Assembly: GCA_938084765.1 (NCBI GenBank)
Contig: CALKFO010000065.1
Coordinates: 1 to 58,976 of the forward strand
Source: Candidatus Bipolaricaulota bacterium
Lineage (GTDB): Bacteria; Bipolaricaulota; Bipolaricaulia; Bipolaricaulales; Bipolaricaulaceae
Direction of reading: 5' to 3'
DNA length: 58,976 nt
The notes under the pieces were generated by a model. That model worked only from the letters and a program-made list of their open reading frames with translations. It was not told the origin of the DNA and ran no database searches. Shown here in pieces: positions 19,163 through 29,896 of this stretch; positions within the stretch are counted from its first letter, which is position 1; every line of letters starts with the position of its first letter. A program made the translations under genes and the position numbers.

Positions 19163-19796
19163 GGCTCAACCTCCTCAGCAGGGCCTCCAATCCCTTCTCG
19201 GTGATGAGCAGGCCCTCATGCTCCAGCACATGGTAAGCCGTGAGAAGATCGGCTCGATGGCATCCCACGCCCGGGATGTTGGAGAAGGATTTGTACACGG
19301 GGACTTGGTACTCCTCGGGGGCCACCACGACCAGCGTCTTTTCCGGAAGGCCCAGCCGGGACAGAAGAACGAGGGCCTCCTTGGTCTTGGGCCGGGCGAA
19401 GCCCAAGCGGTCGATGAGCCAAACGCGCTCCTCTTGGGCCCGGGCAGAGAGGGCGGAGATCAGGGCCTTGCGGCGCATCGTCTTGGGGAGCTCCACATCC
19501 CAATCCTTGGGCTTGGGGCCGAAGGTCACGCCGCCGTGGCGCCAAATGGGCGAGCGGATGGAGCCGTGCCGGGCCCGGCCCGTGTGCTTCTGGGGCCAGG
19601 GTTTGCGGCCCCCGCCCCGCACCTCGCCCCGGGTCTTGGTGGAGGCCGTGCCCTGCCTCTGGTTCAACAGATAAGTCCGCACCGCCCGCCACAGGAGGTC
19701 CTCCGACACCTCCGCCCCGAACACCTCGGGCGGAAGCTCCACCTCCACGGGCTCCTTCTCCGGGTCGTCGAAACGATAGAGCTTGGCCTTAGGCAT
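19143..19796 (-). CDS. rplD: 50S ribosomal protein L4
   Basis: ...RQGTASTKTRGEVRGGGRKPWPQKHTGRARHGSIRSPIWRHGGVTFGPKP. Confidence 0.95.
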   Translation of the reverse strand: MPKAKLYRFDDPEKEPVEVELPPEVFGAEVSEDLLWRAVRTYLLNQRQGTASTKTRGEVRGGGRKPWPQKHTGRARHGSIRSPIWRHGGVTFGPKPKDWDVELPKTMRRKALISALSARAQEERVWLIDRLGFARPKTKEALVLLSRLGLPEKTLVVVAPEEYQVPVYKSFSNIPGVGCHRADLLTAYHVLEHEGLLITEKGLEALLRRLSHAPVGA

Positions 19797-20412
19797 CGTG
19801 CTTCCTTATCCTGAGGATCCCTGCGCGCGGACCGGGCACCGAGCCTTTGAGGACCAGGAGATTATGCTCCTTGTCCACCTTGAGGACCTGGAGGTTGCGC
19901 ACGGTGACACGATCCGCGCCGAAGTGACCGGGATAGCGTTTCCCCTTGACCACCTTGCGCAGGCCCATGGGGCCGGCAGTGCCGGGCCGCCGGATCCATT
20001 TGTGGCCGTGCGACCCCGGCCGGGTGTGGAACCCCCAGCGTTTGATGGTCCCCGCAAACCCCCGGCCTTTGGAGACCCCGGTCACGTCCACCCGCTCCCC
20101 TTCCGCGAAGACCTCCACACCGAACGCTTGCCCCACCTGGTAGCGCGTGGGATCGGGCACCTTCACCTCGAAAAGAAAGCGCTTGGGCGAAACCCCAGCC
20201 TTCTTGAAATGTCCCACAAGGGGCTTGGTGAGCTTGCGCTCCTCCACGTCGCCTGCCCCCAGCTGGAGGGCGCTATAGCCGTCCCGCTCAGGGGTCTTGA
20301 TCTGGACGACCACCGCCGGCTCCACCTGGACCACGGTGGCCGCGAAGGCCCGCCCTTCCCCGTCGAACCATTGCGTCATCCCCACTTTCCGCCCCAACAT
20401 CACCCAGGCCAT
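19789..20412 (-). CDS. rplC: 50S ribosomal protein L3
   Basis: MAWVMLGRKVGMTQWFD..G...ATVV......VVQIKT.E.DGYSALQLG...FAGTIKRWGF. The ATG at 20412 is preferred. GTG 20424, which overlaps the rpsJ stop, is the track start. Confidence 0.93.
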   Translation of the reverse strand: MAWVMLGRKVGMTQWFDGEGRAFAATVVQVEPAVVVQIKTPERDGYSALQLGAGDVEERKLTKPLVGHFKKAGVSPKRFLFEVKVPDPTRYQVGQAFGVEVFAEGERVDVTGVSKGRGFAGTIKRWGFHTRPGSHGHKWIRRPGTAGPMGLRKVVKGKRYPGHFGADRVTVRNLQVLKVDKEHNLLVLKGSVPGPRAGILRIRKHDA

Positions 20413-20420
20413 GGCATCCC

Positions 20421-20729
20421 TCACAGCTTGATCTCCACGTCGATCCCGGCGGGCAGCTCCACATCCATGAGGGCGTTGATGGTGGCCGCCGTGGGCTCCT
20501 TGATGTCCAAAAGCCTCTTGTGGATCTTGAGCTCAAAGTGCTCCATGGAGCGCTTGTCCACGTGCGGCGAGCGCAAGACCGTGTACAGGTGCCGCTCGGT
20601 GGGGAGCGGGACCGGCCCGCTGATCTTGGCGCGGGTGGGCTTCACCGCCTCCACAATCCGGCGCACCGCCTCGTCCACCAATTCGTGGTCATAGCCCTTG
20701 ATGCGAATCCTGATCTTCTCCCTAGCCAT
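20421..20729 (-). CDS. rpsJ: 30S ribosomal protein S10
   Basis: [42 protein letters not shown]...[15 protein letters not shown]...HKRL.DI. Its start overlaps the fusA stop by 8 nt. Confidence 0.95.
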   Translation of the reverse strand: MAREKIRIRIKGYDHELVDEAVRRIVEAVKPTRAKISGPVPLPTERHLYTVLRSPHVDKRSMEHFELKIHKRLLDIKEPTAATINALMDVELPAGIDVEIKL

Positions 20730-22806
20730 AACCTCGGCTCCTCAGCACCTCCCGAGCCAGGTCCTCCGGGACCACCTCATAGCGCGCCACCCGCAGGGTA
20801 TGAACAGCACGCCCCTGGGTCAGGGAACGCAGCTGTGTTGCGTACCCAAAAGTTTCGACCACGGGGAGGCTACAGCGGATGATGTCCACCGTTCCCCGGG
20901 TCTGGATGGCTCGGATCTCGCCCCTGCGGCGGCCTAGATCCGAAACGACCTCGCCCAGGTACTCGCTAGGCGTGATTATATCACCCTCGGCCACCGGTTC
21001 CAGGAGGAGCACACCGCCCTCCTCCAGGGCGCGCCTTAACGCCTGGGTCCCTGCCGCTTCAAACGCCACCTCCGTTGACTCCAGGGGATGAAATTTCCCC
21101 TCGAGGAGCACGGCCCGCACATCGGTGACGGGGAAGCCGCCCACGGGGCTGGCAGCCAGCGCCCCCTCCATCCCCCGCCGCACCGCCTCCACGAAGACCT
21201 TGGGCAGGACCTCTTCCGGCACTTCCGCGCGAAACTCAAAGCCTTCCCCGCGCGCCAGCGGCTCAAACCGCACCCGGATCCAGGCGTACTGGGGCCTTCC
21301 GCCCACCTGCCTTTTGAACTCCTCCACGATCTCCACCGGCCGGGCCAGGGTCTCCTTGTACACCACGATGGGCTTCCCCACCCGATGAGGGACCTTGAAC
21401 TCCTCCCGCACCCGGCGCAAAAGCACCTCGAGGTGCAGCTCGCCCATCCCGCCCACGAGGATTTGACCGGTGGTCTCGTCGTCCTGCACCCGGAAGGTGG
21501 GGTCCTCCTGGGCCAGTTTATTCAGGGCCTCGCGCAGCGCCGGCTCCTCCTTCTCCGAGCGGGGCTCCACCGCCAAGAACACCACCGGCTCCGGAAAGGC
21601 GATGGGCTCATACAGGATGGGATGGGCCGGGTCACACAGGGTGTTCCCCGTGTACGCCGGCGCGGACAGGATCAGCCCCACCACGTCCCCGGCCAGGGCC
21701 TCGCTCAACGGCTCGCGCTTGTTGGCGTGAAGCCGAAAGATGCGGGTGACGCGGGCCCGCGTGCCCAAGGTGGCGTTGAGCACCACCTGGCCCTCGGTCA
21801 GGGTCCCCGAGTACACACGGGTGTACAGCAACCGGTCCGCATAGGGATCGGTGAACACCTTGAACACCAGGGCGGAGAAGGGCTCGTCCGGAAGAGGCCG
21901 CCGCACCTCCTCCGTTTTCCCGTCCAAGGCCGTGCCCCGGGCAGGAGGGATGTCCAAAGGTGAAGGCAGGAAGTCCACCACGGCATCGAGCACCGGCTGG
22001 ACCCCGATCTTCGCGTAGGCGGAGCCGCCCAGGACCGGGACCCAAAGGCGGGTCAAGGTCACTTCCCGCAGCACCCGCAAGGCGAGGTCCAGCGGGACCT
22101 CTTGCCCCTCCAGGTAATGGGCGGCAATGGCGTCGGAAGCCTCGCTCAGGGTCTCCCACAGCTTGTCCCGCCAGGCCCGCGCCTCCTCCTCCATGGCTTT
22201 GGGCACGGGCAGGTATTCGTAGTGACGGCCCAGGGTCTCCGGGTCCCAGCGAATGGCCACAAAGCGCAGGAGGTCGATCATCCCCAGGAGATCCCCTTCG
22301 CTATCCCGCCAGGGATAGACAAGGGGCAGGGCCACCGCGCCCAGCTTGGCGCCGATGTCCTGGAAGGCGCGGGCGAAATCGGCCTCTTCGCGGTCGAGCT
22401 TGTTGATGAAGGCAAGACGGGGGATACGGTAACGGTCAGCCTGGCGCCAGACGGTCTCCGATTGGGACTCCACCCCTTCCACGCCGGAGAAGATCACGAC
22501 CGCGCCGTCGAGGACGCGGAGGCTACGCTCCACCTCCACCGTGAAGTCCACATGGCCGGGGGTGTCCACGATGTTGATCTGGTGGCCCCGCCAAAACACG
22601 GTGGTGGCCGCCGCGGTGATGGTGATGCCCCGCTCCCGCTCCTGGTCCATCCAGTCCATCTCCGTGGTGCCCTCATGGACCTCCCCCATCTTGTGGATCT
22701 TGCCGGTGTAAAAAAGGATGCGCTCCGTGAGGGTGGTCTTACCCGCGTCGATATGAGCGATGATCCCGATGTTGCGGACTCGCCGTATGTCGTAGGGGTC
22801 GGCCAT
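20722..22806 (-). CDS. fusA: elongation factor G (divergent copy occupying the str-operon position)
   Basis: G1 [10 protein letters not shown]2 RGITI, G3 DTPGHVDF, G4 NKLD, and [16 protein letters not shown]. It has the five-domain length (694 aa). Several normally invariant stretches differ, as described in the findings. Confidence 0.85.
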   Translation of the reverse strand: MADPYDIRRVRNIGIIAHIDAGKTTLTERILFYTGKIHKMGEVHEGTTEMDWMDQERERGITITAAATTVFWRGHQINIVDTPGHVDFTVEVERSLRVLDGAVVIFSGVEGVESQSETVWRQADRYRIPRLAFINKLDREEADFARAFQDIGAKLGAVALPLVYPWRDSEGDLLGMIDLLRFVAIRWDPETLGRHYEYLPVPKAMEEEARAWRDKLWETLSEASDAIAAHYLEGQEVPLDLALRVLREVTLTRLWVPVLGGSAYAKIGVQPVLDAVVDFLPSPLDIPPARGTALDGKTEEVRRPLPDEPFSALVFKVFTDPYADRLLYTRVYSGTLTEGQVVLNATLGTRARVTRIFRLHANKREPLSEALAGDVVGLILSAPAYTGNTLCDPAHPILYEPIAFPEPVVFLAVEPRSEKEEPALREALNKLAQEDPTFRVQDDETTGQILVGGMGELHLEVLLRRVREEFKVPHRVGKPIVVYKETLARPVEIVEEFKRQVGGRPQYAWIRVRFEPLARGEGFEFRAEVPEEVLPKVFVEAVRRGMEGALAASPVGGFPVTDVRAVLLEGKFHPLESTEVAFEAAGTQALRRALEEGGVLLLEPVAEGDIITPSEYLGEVVSDLGRRRGEIRAIQTRGTVDIIRCSLPVVETFGYATQLRSLTQGRAVHTLRVARYEVVPEDLAREVLRSRGYG

Positions 22807-22818
22807 GGGCCGGGAGGG

Positions 22819-23292
22819 TCACCAGCGGTAGTGGGCGAAGGCGCGGTTGGCCTCGGCCATGCGGTGGGCCTCCTCTTTGCGGGCCACGGCGCCGCCCTCC
22901 CCTTTGGCCGCGGCGATGATCTCCGCCGCCAACCGTTCGACCATGGTCTTCTCCGGCCGCGCCCGGGCCGCATCCCGGATCCACCGCAGGGCCAACATCG
23001 TCTGGCGATGGGGCGGGACCTCAAAGGGGACCTGGTAGGTGGCGCCACCCACCCGGCGCGAGCGCACCTCCAGCTTGGGCATACAGTTCTGTACGGCCTT
23101 GAGGAACGTCTCCAGGGCCGGACCCTCCCCGCGCTTCTCGATGAGGTCGAATGCCTCGTACACGATCCGCCGTGCTAAGGACTTCTTGCCATCCCACATG
23201 ATGTAGTTGATGAACTTCTCCACGAGCTTGGAGCCGTAGCGGATGTCCGGAGGAACGTCGCGACCGGGGATGACGATGTCGTAGGTGGCCAT
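22819..23292 (-). CDS. rpsG: 30S ribosomal protein S7
   Basis: ...[27 protein letters not shown]...[18 protein letters not shown]...R...LA.RW. Confidence 0.95.
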   Translation of the reverse strand: MATYDIVIPGRDVPPDIRYGSKLVEKFINYIMWDGKKSLARRIVYEAFDLIEKRGEGPALETFLKAVQNCMPKLEVRSRRVGGATYQVPFEVPPHRQTMLALRWIRDAARARPEKTMVERLAAEIIAAAKGEGGAVARKEEAHRMAEANRAFAHYRW

Positions 23293-23670
23293 TTATCCCT
23301 CCTTGGGCTTGCGCACGCCGTAGCGGGAGCGGCTCTGGCGACGGCCCTCCACGCCCGCCGCATCCAACGCACCCCGCACGATGTGGTACTTCACGCCCGG
23401 CAGGTCCTTCACGCGTCCGCCGCGGACAAGCACGATGGAGTGCTCCTGGAGGTTGTGCCCCTCACCCGGGATGTACGCCGTGACCTCCCGGCCATTGGAG
23501 AGGCGCACCCGCGCCACCTTGCGCAGGGCGGAGTTCGGCTTTTTCGGGGTGCGGGTGAACACGCGCAGGCACACCCCCCGCTTCTGGGGGCATCCCTCCA
23601 GCGCCACCGACTTGCTCTTCCACGGGTTCGGCTTCCTTCCGTGCTTCACCAGCTGATTGAACGTGGGCAT
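23293..23670 (-). CDS. rpsL: 30S ribosomal protein S12
   Basis: Internal ATG 23670 after [20 protein letters not shown].....KS...[71 protein letters not shown]. Confidence 0.96.
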   Translation of the reverse strand: MPTFNQLVKHGRKPNPWKSKSVALEGCPQKRGVCLRVFTRTPKKPNSALRKVARVRLSNGREVTAYIPGEGHNLQEHSIVLVRGGRVKDLPGVKYHIVRGALDAAGVEGRRQSRSRYGVRKPKEG

Positions 23671-23686
23671 GGTTCTCCCCTCAAGT

Positions 23687-26600
23687 TTAGTTTTGCCCAG
23701 AGCCTTTCTCAAGTTGATCCGGCCGGCGGAAACCTGTGCCCACCGGGATCTTCTTCCCCACCATGAGGCAGGGCTTGAGGCTGTCCAGGTGATCCTCCTC
23801 ACCGCGCAGGGCCGCGTCCGCCAGGACCTTGGTGGTGCGCTCAAAGGAGGCCGCCGCCAGCCAGGACTTGCGCACCAGGGCCACGCGGGAGATGCGCAGA
23901 AGCTCGCGCTCCCCTTGCGGAAGCCGGTACTCGGCGATCCGCACGGTGCGGGGCTCGCCGTGCACCTCCACCCGCACCTGCCGCACCCCCAAGGCCACGG
24001 CCCGCTCCAAAAGCTCCCGGGTCAGGGTCTCCCCGGCCTCCGCCAGGAGCGTGCCCCCCCGGGTGATGGGGGCCAGGAGCTTCGCCCCCACGATCTCCTC
24101 CCGGGCCCGCCGGATCTTTTCGTTCTCCTGGGCCAGGCGCTGCACCTCCAGCTCGAAGATCTCCAGCGGGACGATGTCGTTGAGCAAAAAGTCGGACTCG
24201 CCCGGATCGATGATGCGCACGTTGTTGAGGACCTGGCGCAGCACAACCTCGAAGTGCTTGTCGTTGATGTCCACGCCCTGGGTCTTGTACACGCGCTGGA
24301 GCTCCTCCAGGAGGTACTCGAAGGCCTTGCGGACGCCGGCCACCTCCATGAGGTATTGCGGGGGAACGACGCCTTTGGAGATGGGGTCACCCCGCTCGAC
24401 CTTATCGCCCTCGCGGACGGTGGCGGCCTCCGTGCACTCCACGCGGGCCCGGAACCGAAACCGCACGGTACAGAGCTGCCCATCCCTTTGGATCTCCTCC
24501 ACCACGACCGTCTCCGAAAGGGGAGGCAGGCTCAGGCGCAGGATCTCCTGGCCTTCCCGCACCGGGGAGCCGTGCTCCACCTGGGGCTCGAGCCCGGCCG
24601 GCAAGGGGAGGATCACCCCCCGGCTCCCTTGGGCCAGGATGGCCACGGAGCGGTCGGCCACGAGCACGGTCCCCGCCACCTCCGCGGTGAGCGTGAGGGG
24701 ACGGGACCGCGTGGTGAGCTTCTTGCCCTCCTCCACCTGCGCGCCGTTCGGCACGAGGATCTGGGCCCCATAGGGCACCTCATACGAACGGGTGCGGCCG
24801 TCCTGGCCGTGGAGCACGATGTACCGGTGCTTCTTGTCCTCGACGATCTCCACCTTGCCCGCGACCTCGGCCACCACCGCCTCCACGTGGAACTCCTCCG
24901 TGAGGGGGGCACCCTCCTCCACCTCCTGGCGGTGACGCACCGCGGGTTTCACGCCCTCGGGCAGGGTGTACACTCGGTCCAGATCCTCATCGAGGAGGGC
25001 CAAGTACCTCTGGCCGTTTTCGCTGAAGAAGAAGGCCCGCCCGGCCACAGGGCTCCGAAGCGAAAAGAGGCGGGAGCTGTCCACCTCCTCGCCCTCGGCC
25101 ACCTGCAGGAGGGCAGCGGGCACAACGACCGTGCGGGGGTCGGACTCGATCTCCACAAGATCGTGGCCGGCACGCGTGGTCTCGACCCTCAACACCCGGC
25201 CGGAGATGGGCGCCACCGCGGCGTGCGGCGCCTTCGTGGTCTTACGGGCCTCAAACAGCTCCTCTGCCCGCGGAAGCCCCTGGGTGATGTCCACTCCGGC
25301 CACGCCGCCGGTGTGGAAGGTCCGCATGGTGAGCTGGGTCCCCGGCTCGCCGATGGACTGGGCCGCGATGATCCCCACCGCGGTGCCCTGCTCCACCAAC
25401 CGATGGAAAGCGAGGTCCATGCCGTAGCAGAGCTGACAAACCCCGCCGGGCGTCTGGCAGGTCACAGGCGAGCGCACGATGAACCGCGGCCGCACCCGGA
25501 TCTTCTCGATCCCCGCGGCCCGAAGCTCCCGCACCAATTCGGGGGTGAGGGCCTCGTTTTCCCGCACCAACACGGCCAGGGTCTCCGGATGGAGGACGTC
25601 CCGGGTGGACTTGGCCAGGTGCGCCCGTTCCTCCACGCCAGGAGCGGTGAGATCGAGCTCGACCTCCAGGCGTCCGACCTTCTCCGCGGTGGCCCGGTCG
25701 ATCAGCACCCCGGCAGGGATGAGGACCTCACCGGTCACCGGATGGTGCACGGGCTCCGCCGTGACCCGGCCGTAGATGCGCTCAGGGATGTCCTCCATGA
25801 GCTCGCCTTTGGGGGCGAAGTAAAGGGGGTCGATTTCCACGCCTTGCTTCGTGCCGCAGTCGTACTCCTTGACGATCACGTCCACACAGGCGTCCACCAG
25901 GCGGCGGGTGAGGTAGCCCGCGGTGGCGGTGCGCAGGGCGGTGTCCGCGGTGCCCTTGCGGGCGCCATGGGTGGAGATGAAGTACTCAAAGATGGAGAGG
26001 CCCTCCCGGAAGTTGGAGATCACCGGCCACTCGATGACCCGGCCCTGGGGGTCCGCCATGGGCCCGCGCATCCCCGCCAGCTGCTTCACCTGTCCCGACG
26101 AACCCCGGGCGCCGGAGGCCACAATTCCGTACACGGGGTTGAAGGGGTTTTGGGACAGGTTGCGCATGGTGGCCTTTTCCACCAAGTCCACGGTCTGCCG
26201 CCACACCTGGGTCACGGCCTGATAGCGTTGCTCCGCGGTGCATAGACCCCGCAGGTACATCTTTTGGATGCGATCCACCTTCTCCTGGGCTTCCTGGACG
26301 ATCTCCCACTTCTCCGGCGGGATCTCGCAGTCCGGGATGGAGATGGTGAGTCCGGACAGGGTGGCGAAGCGAAAGCCGATCTCCTTCAGTTGATCCAGGA
26401 CCTCCGCGGTCTTCTCCCAACCGTGACGGAGGTAGCACTCGCCGATCAAGCGCCGCACGCGCCGGGAATCGAACACCGCCTGGTAGTCCCGAAGATCCGG
26501 GGGGAGGATCTGGTTGAGAAGCGCGCGCCCCAAGGTGGTCTCGATGATCTTCCCCTCAATGCGGATCTTCACCCGCGCATGGAGGTCCAGATGCCCCAAT

Positions 26601-28615
26601 TCCCAGGCCTTGAGGGCCTCCTCGAGGGAGCGAAAGCTCTTCCCTTTGCCCTTGCCCTGGGGATTTTCGATGGTGAGGTAGTAGAAGCCGTACACCTGGT
26701 CCTGGGTGGGGATGGCCAGGGGGCGGCCATGGGCCGGGGACAGGATGTTCTTCGCGGAGAGCATGATCTCCTTGGCCTCCCACACCGACTCCTTGGAGAG
26801 AGGGAGGTGCACGGCCATTTGGTCCCCGTCGAAATCGGCGTTGTAGGGCGGGCACACGTGGGGATGGATTTGGATGGCGTCGCCGTCCACGAGGATCGGC
26901 TCAAACGCCTGGATGGAGAGCCGATGGAGGGTGGGCGCACGGTTGAGGAGCACCGGGTACTCTTTGACCAGTTGCTCCAGCGCGTCCCACACCTCAGGGA
27001 GCTCGCCCGCGAGGGCCCGGTTTTTCACCTCATCGTAGTCCGCATAGGGGAGGCCCTCCACCTTGGCGAGGATGAAGGGTTTGAAAAGCTCGAGGGCCAT
27101 CTTCTTGGGGATGCCGCACTGATGCAATTTGAGCTTGGGGTTGACGACGATCACCGCGCGGCCGGAATAGTCCACGCGCCGGCCCAACAGGTGCCGCCGC
27201 AGCCGGCCCTGCTTCCCCTGGATCCGCTCGGAAAGGCTTTTGAGGGGCCGGCCATCTCGACCCTTGATGGGGTTGTCCTTCTTCTCGTTGTGAATGAGGG
27301 CGTCCACCGCCTCCTGGAGCATCCTGCGCTCGTTGCGCAGGATGATCTCCGGCGCGCCCATCTCCATGAGCTTTTTCAGGCGGTTGTTACGGTTGATGAT
27401 GCGCCGGTAAAGGTCGTTGAGGTCGGTGGTCGCGAATTTGCCGCCCTCGAGTTGGATCATGGGCCGCAGGGCCGGGGGCAGGACCGGGATGACCTCCAGC
27501 ACCATGTCCTGAGGCCGGTTCCCCGAGCGGCGGAGCTGTTCCACCACCTCCAGGCGGTGAAGAATGCGGCGGCGGTCGGTCTGGCCCACGGTGCGGTCCA
27601 ATTCCTCCCACAGCTCCTCGGCCAGTCGATCCAAGTCCAAGGAAGCGAGGAGCTTTTTGATGCCCTCCGCACCGGTGGCCGCCTCAAACCCCCCGGGGTA
27701 CGCCCGTTCATAGGCCCGCACCTCCAGGGTGGACAGCATCTGCCCCACCTTGAGCGGCACGTTCTCCCCCACGCGCACCACAAGGTGGGTGAGGTTGTCC
27801 ACCACTTCCGTGACCGGATGGCCGTCCACGCCATCATAACGGGCCCTGAACATGTCGAACATGGTCTGGGAGCAGATCTCCCTTGCAGGTCGTTCGCAGA
27901 GGAGCTCGCCCTCGGCCACCTCATCCCCATCCTCCACGAAGAGTTCGGCGTCGAGGGTCACCGGGTACTCGTGGTGGCCCACCACCAGCACCCGGAAGGT
28001 CTCGCCGTTTTGAAGCTTGCGTTCCTCGAAGCGCACGCGGCCCGCCTCTTCGGCGACGATGCGCGGGCTGGCCGTGAGAAGGTAAGCCCGTTCAGCCTGG
28101 AACGTGAACACCCCTTGGAGGATGCGCAATTCCGTCCCGTAAAGGGTTTCACCAGGGCGAATCTTTGGGGAAGCCGACTGAGTGACAACGTATAGCTCTT
28201 CCCTTGCGGTCTCCGTCTCGTAATACGCGATGCGCCGCAGATCCCGGCGCTTGATGCCCAGAAGGCGGGAGAGGGGGCTGGCCACGCCCTTGAGGTACCA
28301 GAAGTGCACCACCGGGCTGGCCAGGCGGATGTGCCCCATGTTCACCCGGCGCACGGAGGAGTCCGTGACCAGGACCCCGCACTTGTCGCACGTGATGCCC
28401 TCGTAGCGCTTGCCCCGGTACTTGCCGCAGGAGCACTCGTAGTCGTTCTCGGGCCCGAAGATCTCCTCGGCGTAGAGGCCGCCGCGCTCGGGTTTGTGGG
28501 TGCGGTAGTTGATGGTCTCGGAGTTCGTCACCTCCCCCTTGGACCAGGAAAGGATCTCCTCGGGGGAGGCCAATCCGATCCTGATTTTCACGATATCGTC
28601 ACCGGAAATCGGCAC
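23687..28615 (-). CDS. rpoC: DNA-directed RNA polymerase subunit beta' (1642 aa, with lineage-specific expansions)
   Basis: N-terminal zinc motif CSCGKY...CDKCGV. Also VLPPALRPM, catalytic [12 protein letters not shown], trigger-loop [11 protein letters not shown]...[15 protein letters not shown], and C-terminal [15 protein letters not shown]. There is a 16-nt gap to rpsL. Confidence 0.97.
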   Translation of the reverse strand: MPISGDDIVKIRIGLASPEEILSWSKGEVTNSETINYRTHKPERGGLYAEEIFGPENDYECSCGKYRGKRYEGITCDKCGVLVTDSSVRRVNMGHIRLASPVVHFWYLKGVASPLSRLLGIKRRDLRRIAYYETETAREELYVVTQSASPKIRPGETLYGTELRILQGVFTFQAERAYLLTASPRIVAEEAGRVRFEERKLQNGETFRVLVVGHHEYPVTLDAELFVEDGDEVAEGELLCERPAREICSQTMFDMFRARYDGVDGHPVTEVVDNLTHLVVRVGENVPLKVGQMLSTLEVRAYERAYPGGFEAATGAEGIKKLLASLDLDRLAEELWEELDRTVGQTDRRRILHRLEVVEQLRRSGNRPQDMVLEVIPVLPPALRPMIQLEGGKFATTDLNDLYRRIINRNNRLKKLMEMGAPEIILRNERRMLQEAVDALIHNEKKDNPIKGRDGRPLKSLSERIQGKQGRLRRHLLGRRVDYSGRAVIVVNPKLKLHQCGIPKKMALELFKPFILAKVEGLPYADYDEVKNRALAGELPEVWDALEQLVKEYPVLLNRAPTLHRLSIQAFEPILVDGDAIQIHPHVCPPYNADFDGDQMAVHLPLSKESVWEAKEIMLSAKNILSPAHGRPLAIPTQDQVYGFYYLTIENPQGKGKGKSFRSLEEALKAWELGHLDLHARVKIRIEGKIIETTLGRALLNQILPPDLRDYQAVFDSRRVRRLIGECYLRHGWEKTAEVLDQLKEIGFRFATLSGLTISIPDCEIPPEKWEIVQEAQEKVDRIQKMYLRGLCTAEQRYQAVTQVWRQTVDLVEKATMRNLSQNPFNPVYGIVASGARGSSGQVKQLAGMRGPMADPQGRVIEWPVISNFREGLSIFEYFISTHGARKGTADTALRTATAGYLTRRLVDACVDVIVKEYDCGTKQGVEIDPLYFAPKGELMEDIPERIYGRVTAEPVHHPVTGEVLIPAGVLIDRATAEKVGRLEVELDLTAPGVEERAHLAKSTRDVLHPETLAVLVRENEALTPELVRELRAAGIEKIRVRPRFIVRSPVTCQTPGGVCQLCYGMDLAFHRLVEQGTAVGIIAAQSIGEPGTQLTMRTFHTGGVAGVDITQGLPRAEELFEARKTTKAPHAAVAPISGRVLRVETTRAGHDLVEIESDPRTVVVPAALLQVAEGEEVDSSRLFSLRSPVAGRAFFFSENGQRYLALLDEDLDRVYTLPEGVKPAVRHRQEVEEGAPLTEEFHVEAVVAEVAGKVEIVEDKKHRYIVLHGQDGRTRSYEVPYGAQILVPNGAQVEEGKKLTTRSRPLTLTAEVAGTVLVADRSVAILAQGSRGVILPLPAGLEPQVEHGSPVREGQEILRLSLPPLSETVVVEEIQRDGQLCTVRFRFRARVECTEAATVREGDKVERGDPISKGVVPPQYLMEVAGVRKAFEYLLEELQRVYKTQGVDINDKHFEVVLRQVLNNVRIIDPGESDFLLNDIVPLEIFELEVQRLAQENEKIRRAREEIVGAKLLAPITRGGTLLAEAGETLTRELLERAVALGVRQVRVEVHGEPRTVRIAEYRLPQGERELLRISRVALVRKSWLAAASFERTTKVLADAALRGEEDHLDSLKPCLMVGKKIPVGTGFRRPDQLEKGSGQN

Positions 28616-28626
28616 CGCTTACCACC

Positions 28627-28842
28627 TCAGCTTTTTTCGCTCTTTTTCTCACCGTCGCTGGATTTGCGGCGGTAGTCCGTGGTGTAAAAACCGCTGCCCT
28701 TGTAGATCACCCCGAAACGGGACAGGAGACGGGTCACCTCGTCGGCGCCGCAGCCCGGACAGCGCACCCGGGGGTTCCCGTCCATCACCAGCTCCCGAAA
28801 CTCCGTCCCGCAATGGTCGCAGCGGAAACGGTAGATGGGCAT
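28627..28842 (-). CDS. FmdB-family zinc-ribbon protein (putative regulatory protein)
   Basis: MPIYRFRCDHCGTEFE...RVRCPGCGADEV.RL.S....YKGSGFY.TDY with a lysine/serine-rich tail. Its stop lies 11 nt before the rpoC ATG. Confidence 0.85.
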   Translation of the reverse strand: MPIYRFRCDHCGTEFRELVMDGNPRVRCPGCGADEVTRLLSRFGVIYKGSGFYTTDYRRKSSDGEKKSEKS

Positions 28843-28902
28843 CGCCCACCTCCTTTCATCAGCACTACAGGGAATGGAGCGCGCAAAAAGGAACCAAAAA
28901 CC

Positions 28903-29874
28903 TTAGTTTACCACAGAAAACCCCTCCTGCAAGGAGGTGAGGCGCAAACGCGAGGTCTCCTCCGCCTGCTCGGTACGGAAGCACACTGTACAAGCTAGCC
29001 CGGGCTCGAACCCCCCAAGGACGAGGAGCTTTCGCGCCGCCAGGTGCAGCACGTGCTCCCGGGCCTCCGGGGAAAGCTTCGTCCACGGCCCGCGCAGAAG
29101 GCCTAGGGGTGAGCCGGGCAGGGCCAAATAGAGCCGCACATCCTCCGGAAGGAAGAGATCCTGCAGGCGCACCTGCTCCGCGGGCGTTGTGGCCACAACG
29201 AGCACGGATCCGTAGGGCAATCGAAACAGGTGAGGAAATTCCAGAAGCTGAAGAAGATTGGCGGTGAACCGGAGGTCGCCCTCCCTCCCTAACTCCTGAC
29301 AACGTTGGGCAAACACAGGATCGGCCAGGAGACAATGGCGTTCGGAGACCCCCTGGGATATGCCGAGATCCTGGGCAAGCTGCGCAAGCCGCGCCTCCAG
29401 GGCGTCCCCCGCGCGCAGGTCCAAGAAGCGTTCCCGGTCCACCCGGCCTTCCCGCTCCGCCGAGGTGGGGGGAAGAAGCTTGGCCGAAAGAGGCCGCAAC
29501 ACGCGCCCGGCCAGGCCCACCGCCTCGTCCAGCCGGGCCAAGGCCTCCGCCGAAAGCCCTCCTTTCTCCAGCACCTCGCCGGTGATCACGAGGTCGAACT
29601 TGTGCCGGCGCACAATCCGGGCGGCCCTCTCCAGCAGAACCCTGCGGCAGGAACCGCAGGGAAAAACCTCCCCATCGACAGCGGGCAGCCGGAGGAACTC
29701 CCGCTTCAGGGTGACCGAACGCAGCGGCAACTTCAGGGCTCGCGCCGTGCGGGCCACCCCCTCCTCGTTGCGGAAAAACGGGGAACGAAAGAAAAGAAGA
29801 TTTAGGTCACGCAACCCGACGCGCTGGGCCAGGTGCACGGCCACCACCGAGGCCAGGCTTCCGGAAAAAAGCAC
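28903..29874 (-). CDS. PP-loop (ThiI/MnmA-like adenine-nucleotide alpha-hydrolase) family protein with a degenerate PP-loop
   Basis: FPCGSCRRVLLERAARIVRRHKFDLVITGEVL and RVLRPLSAKLLPPTSAEREG match the small ThiI-like ATP-pyrophosphatase family as I remember it. The N-terminal motif reads SGSLAS instead of SGGxDS. A GTG start lies directly at the motif, and an in-frame stop 5 codons upstream prevents extension. Confidence 0.55.
   Translation of the reverse strand: MLFSGSLASVVAVHLAQRVGLRDLNLLFFRSPFFRNEEGVARTARALKLPLRSVTLKREFLRLPAVDGEVFPCGSCRRVLLERAARIVRRHKFDLVITGEVLEKGGLSAEALARLDEAVGLAGRVLRPLSAKLLPPTSAEREGRVDRERFLDLRAGDALEARLAQLAQDLGISQGVSERHCLLADPVFAQRCQELGREGDLRFTANLLQLLEFPHLFRLPYGSVLVVATTPAEQVRLQDLFLPEDVRLYLALPGSPLGLLRGPWTKLSPEAREHVLHLAARKLLVLGGFEPGLACTVCFRTEQAEETSRLRLTSLQEGFSVVN
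28904..28931 (-). promoter_or_regulatory. candidate promoter for the fmdB-rpoC transcript
   Basis: On the minus strand: TTGCAG (28926-28931), 16 nt, then TGgTAAACT (extended -10; TAAACT = 28904-28909), followed by AAAGGAGGTG and the ATG at 28842. Confidence 0.35.
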
Positions 29875-29896
29875 AAGCCCCCGCGTACTTCACCCC

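Noticed and set aside
23657-28195. Very long plus-strand ORFs (862 aa and 643 aa) antisense to rpoC
   Set aside because: They show low-complexity Gly/Arg/Pro/His/Leu-rich translations with no motifs and are fully contained within a well-supported gene. This is a classic high-G+C antisense artefact.
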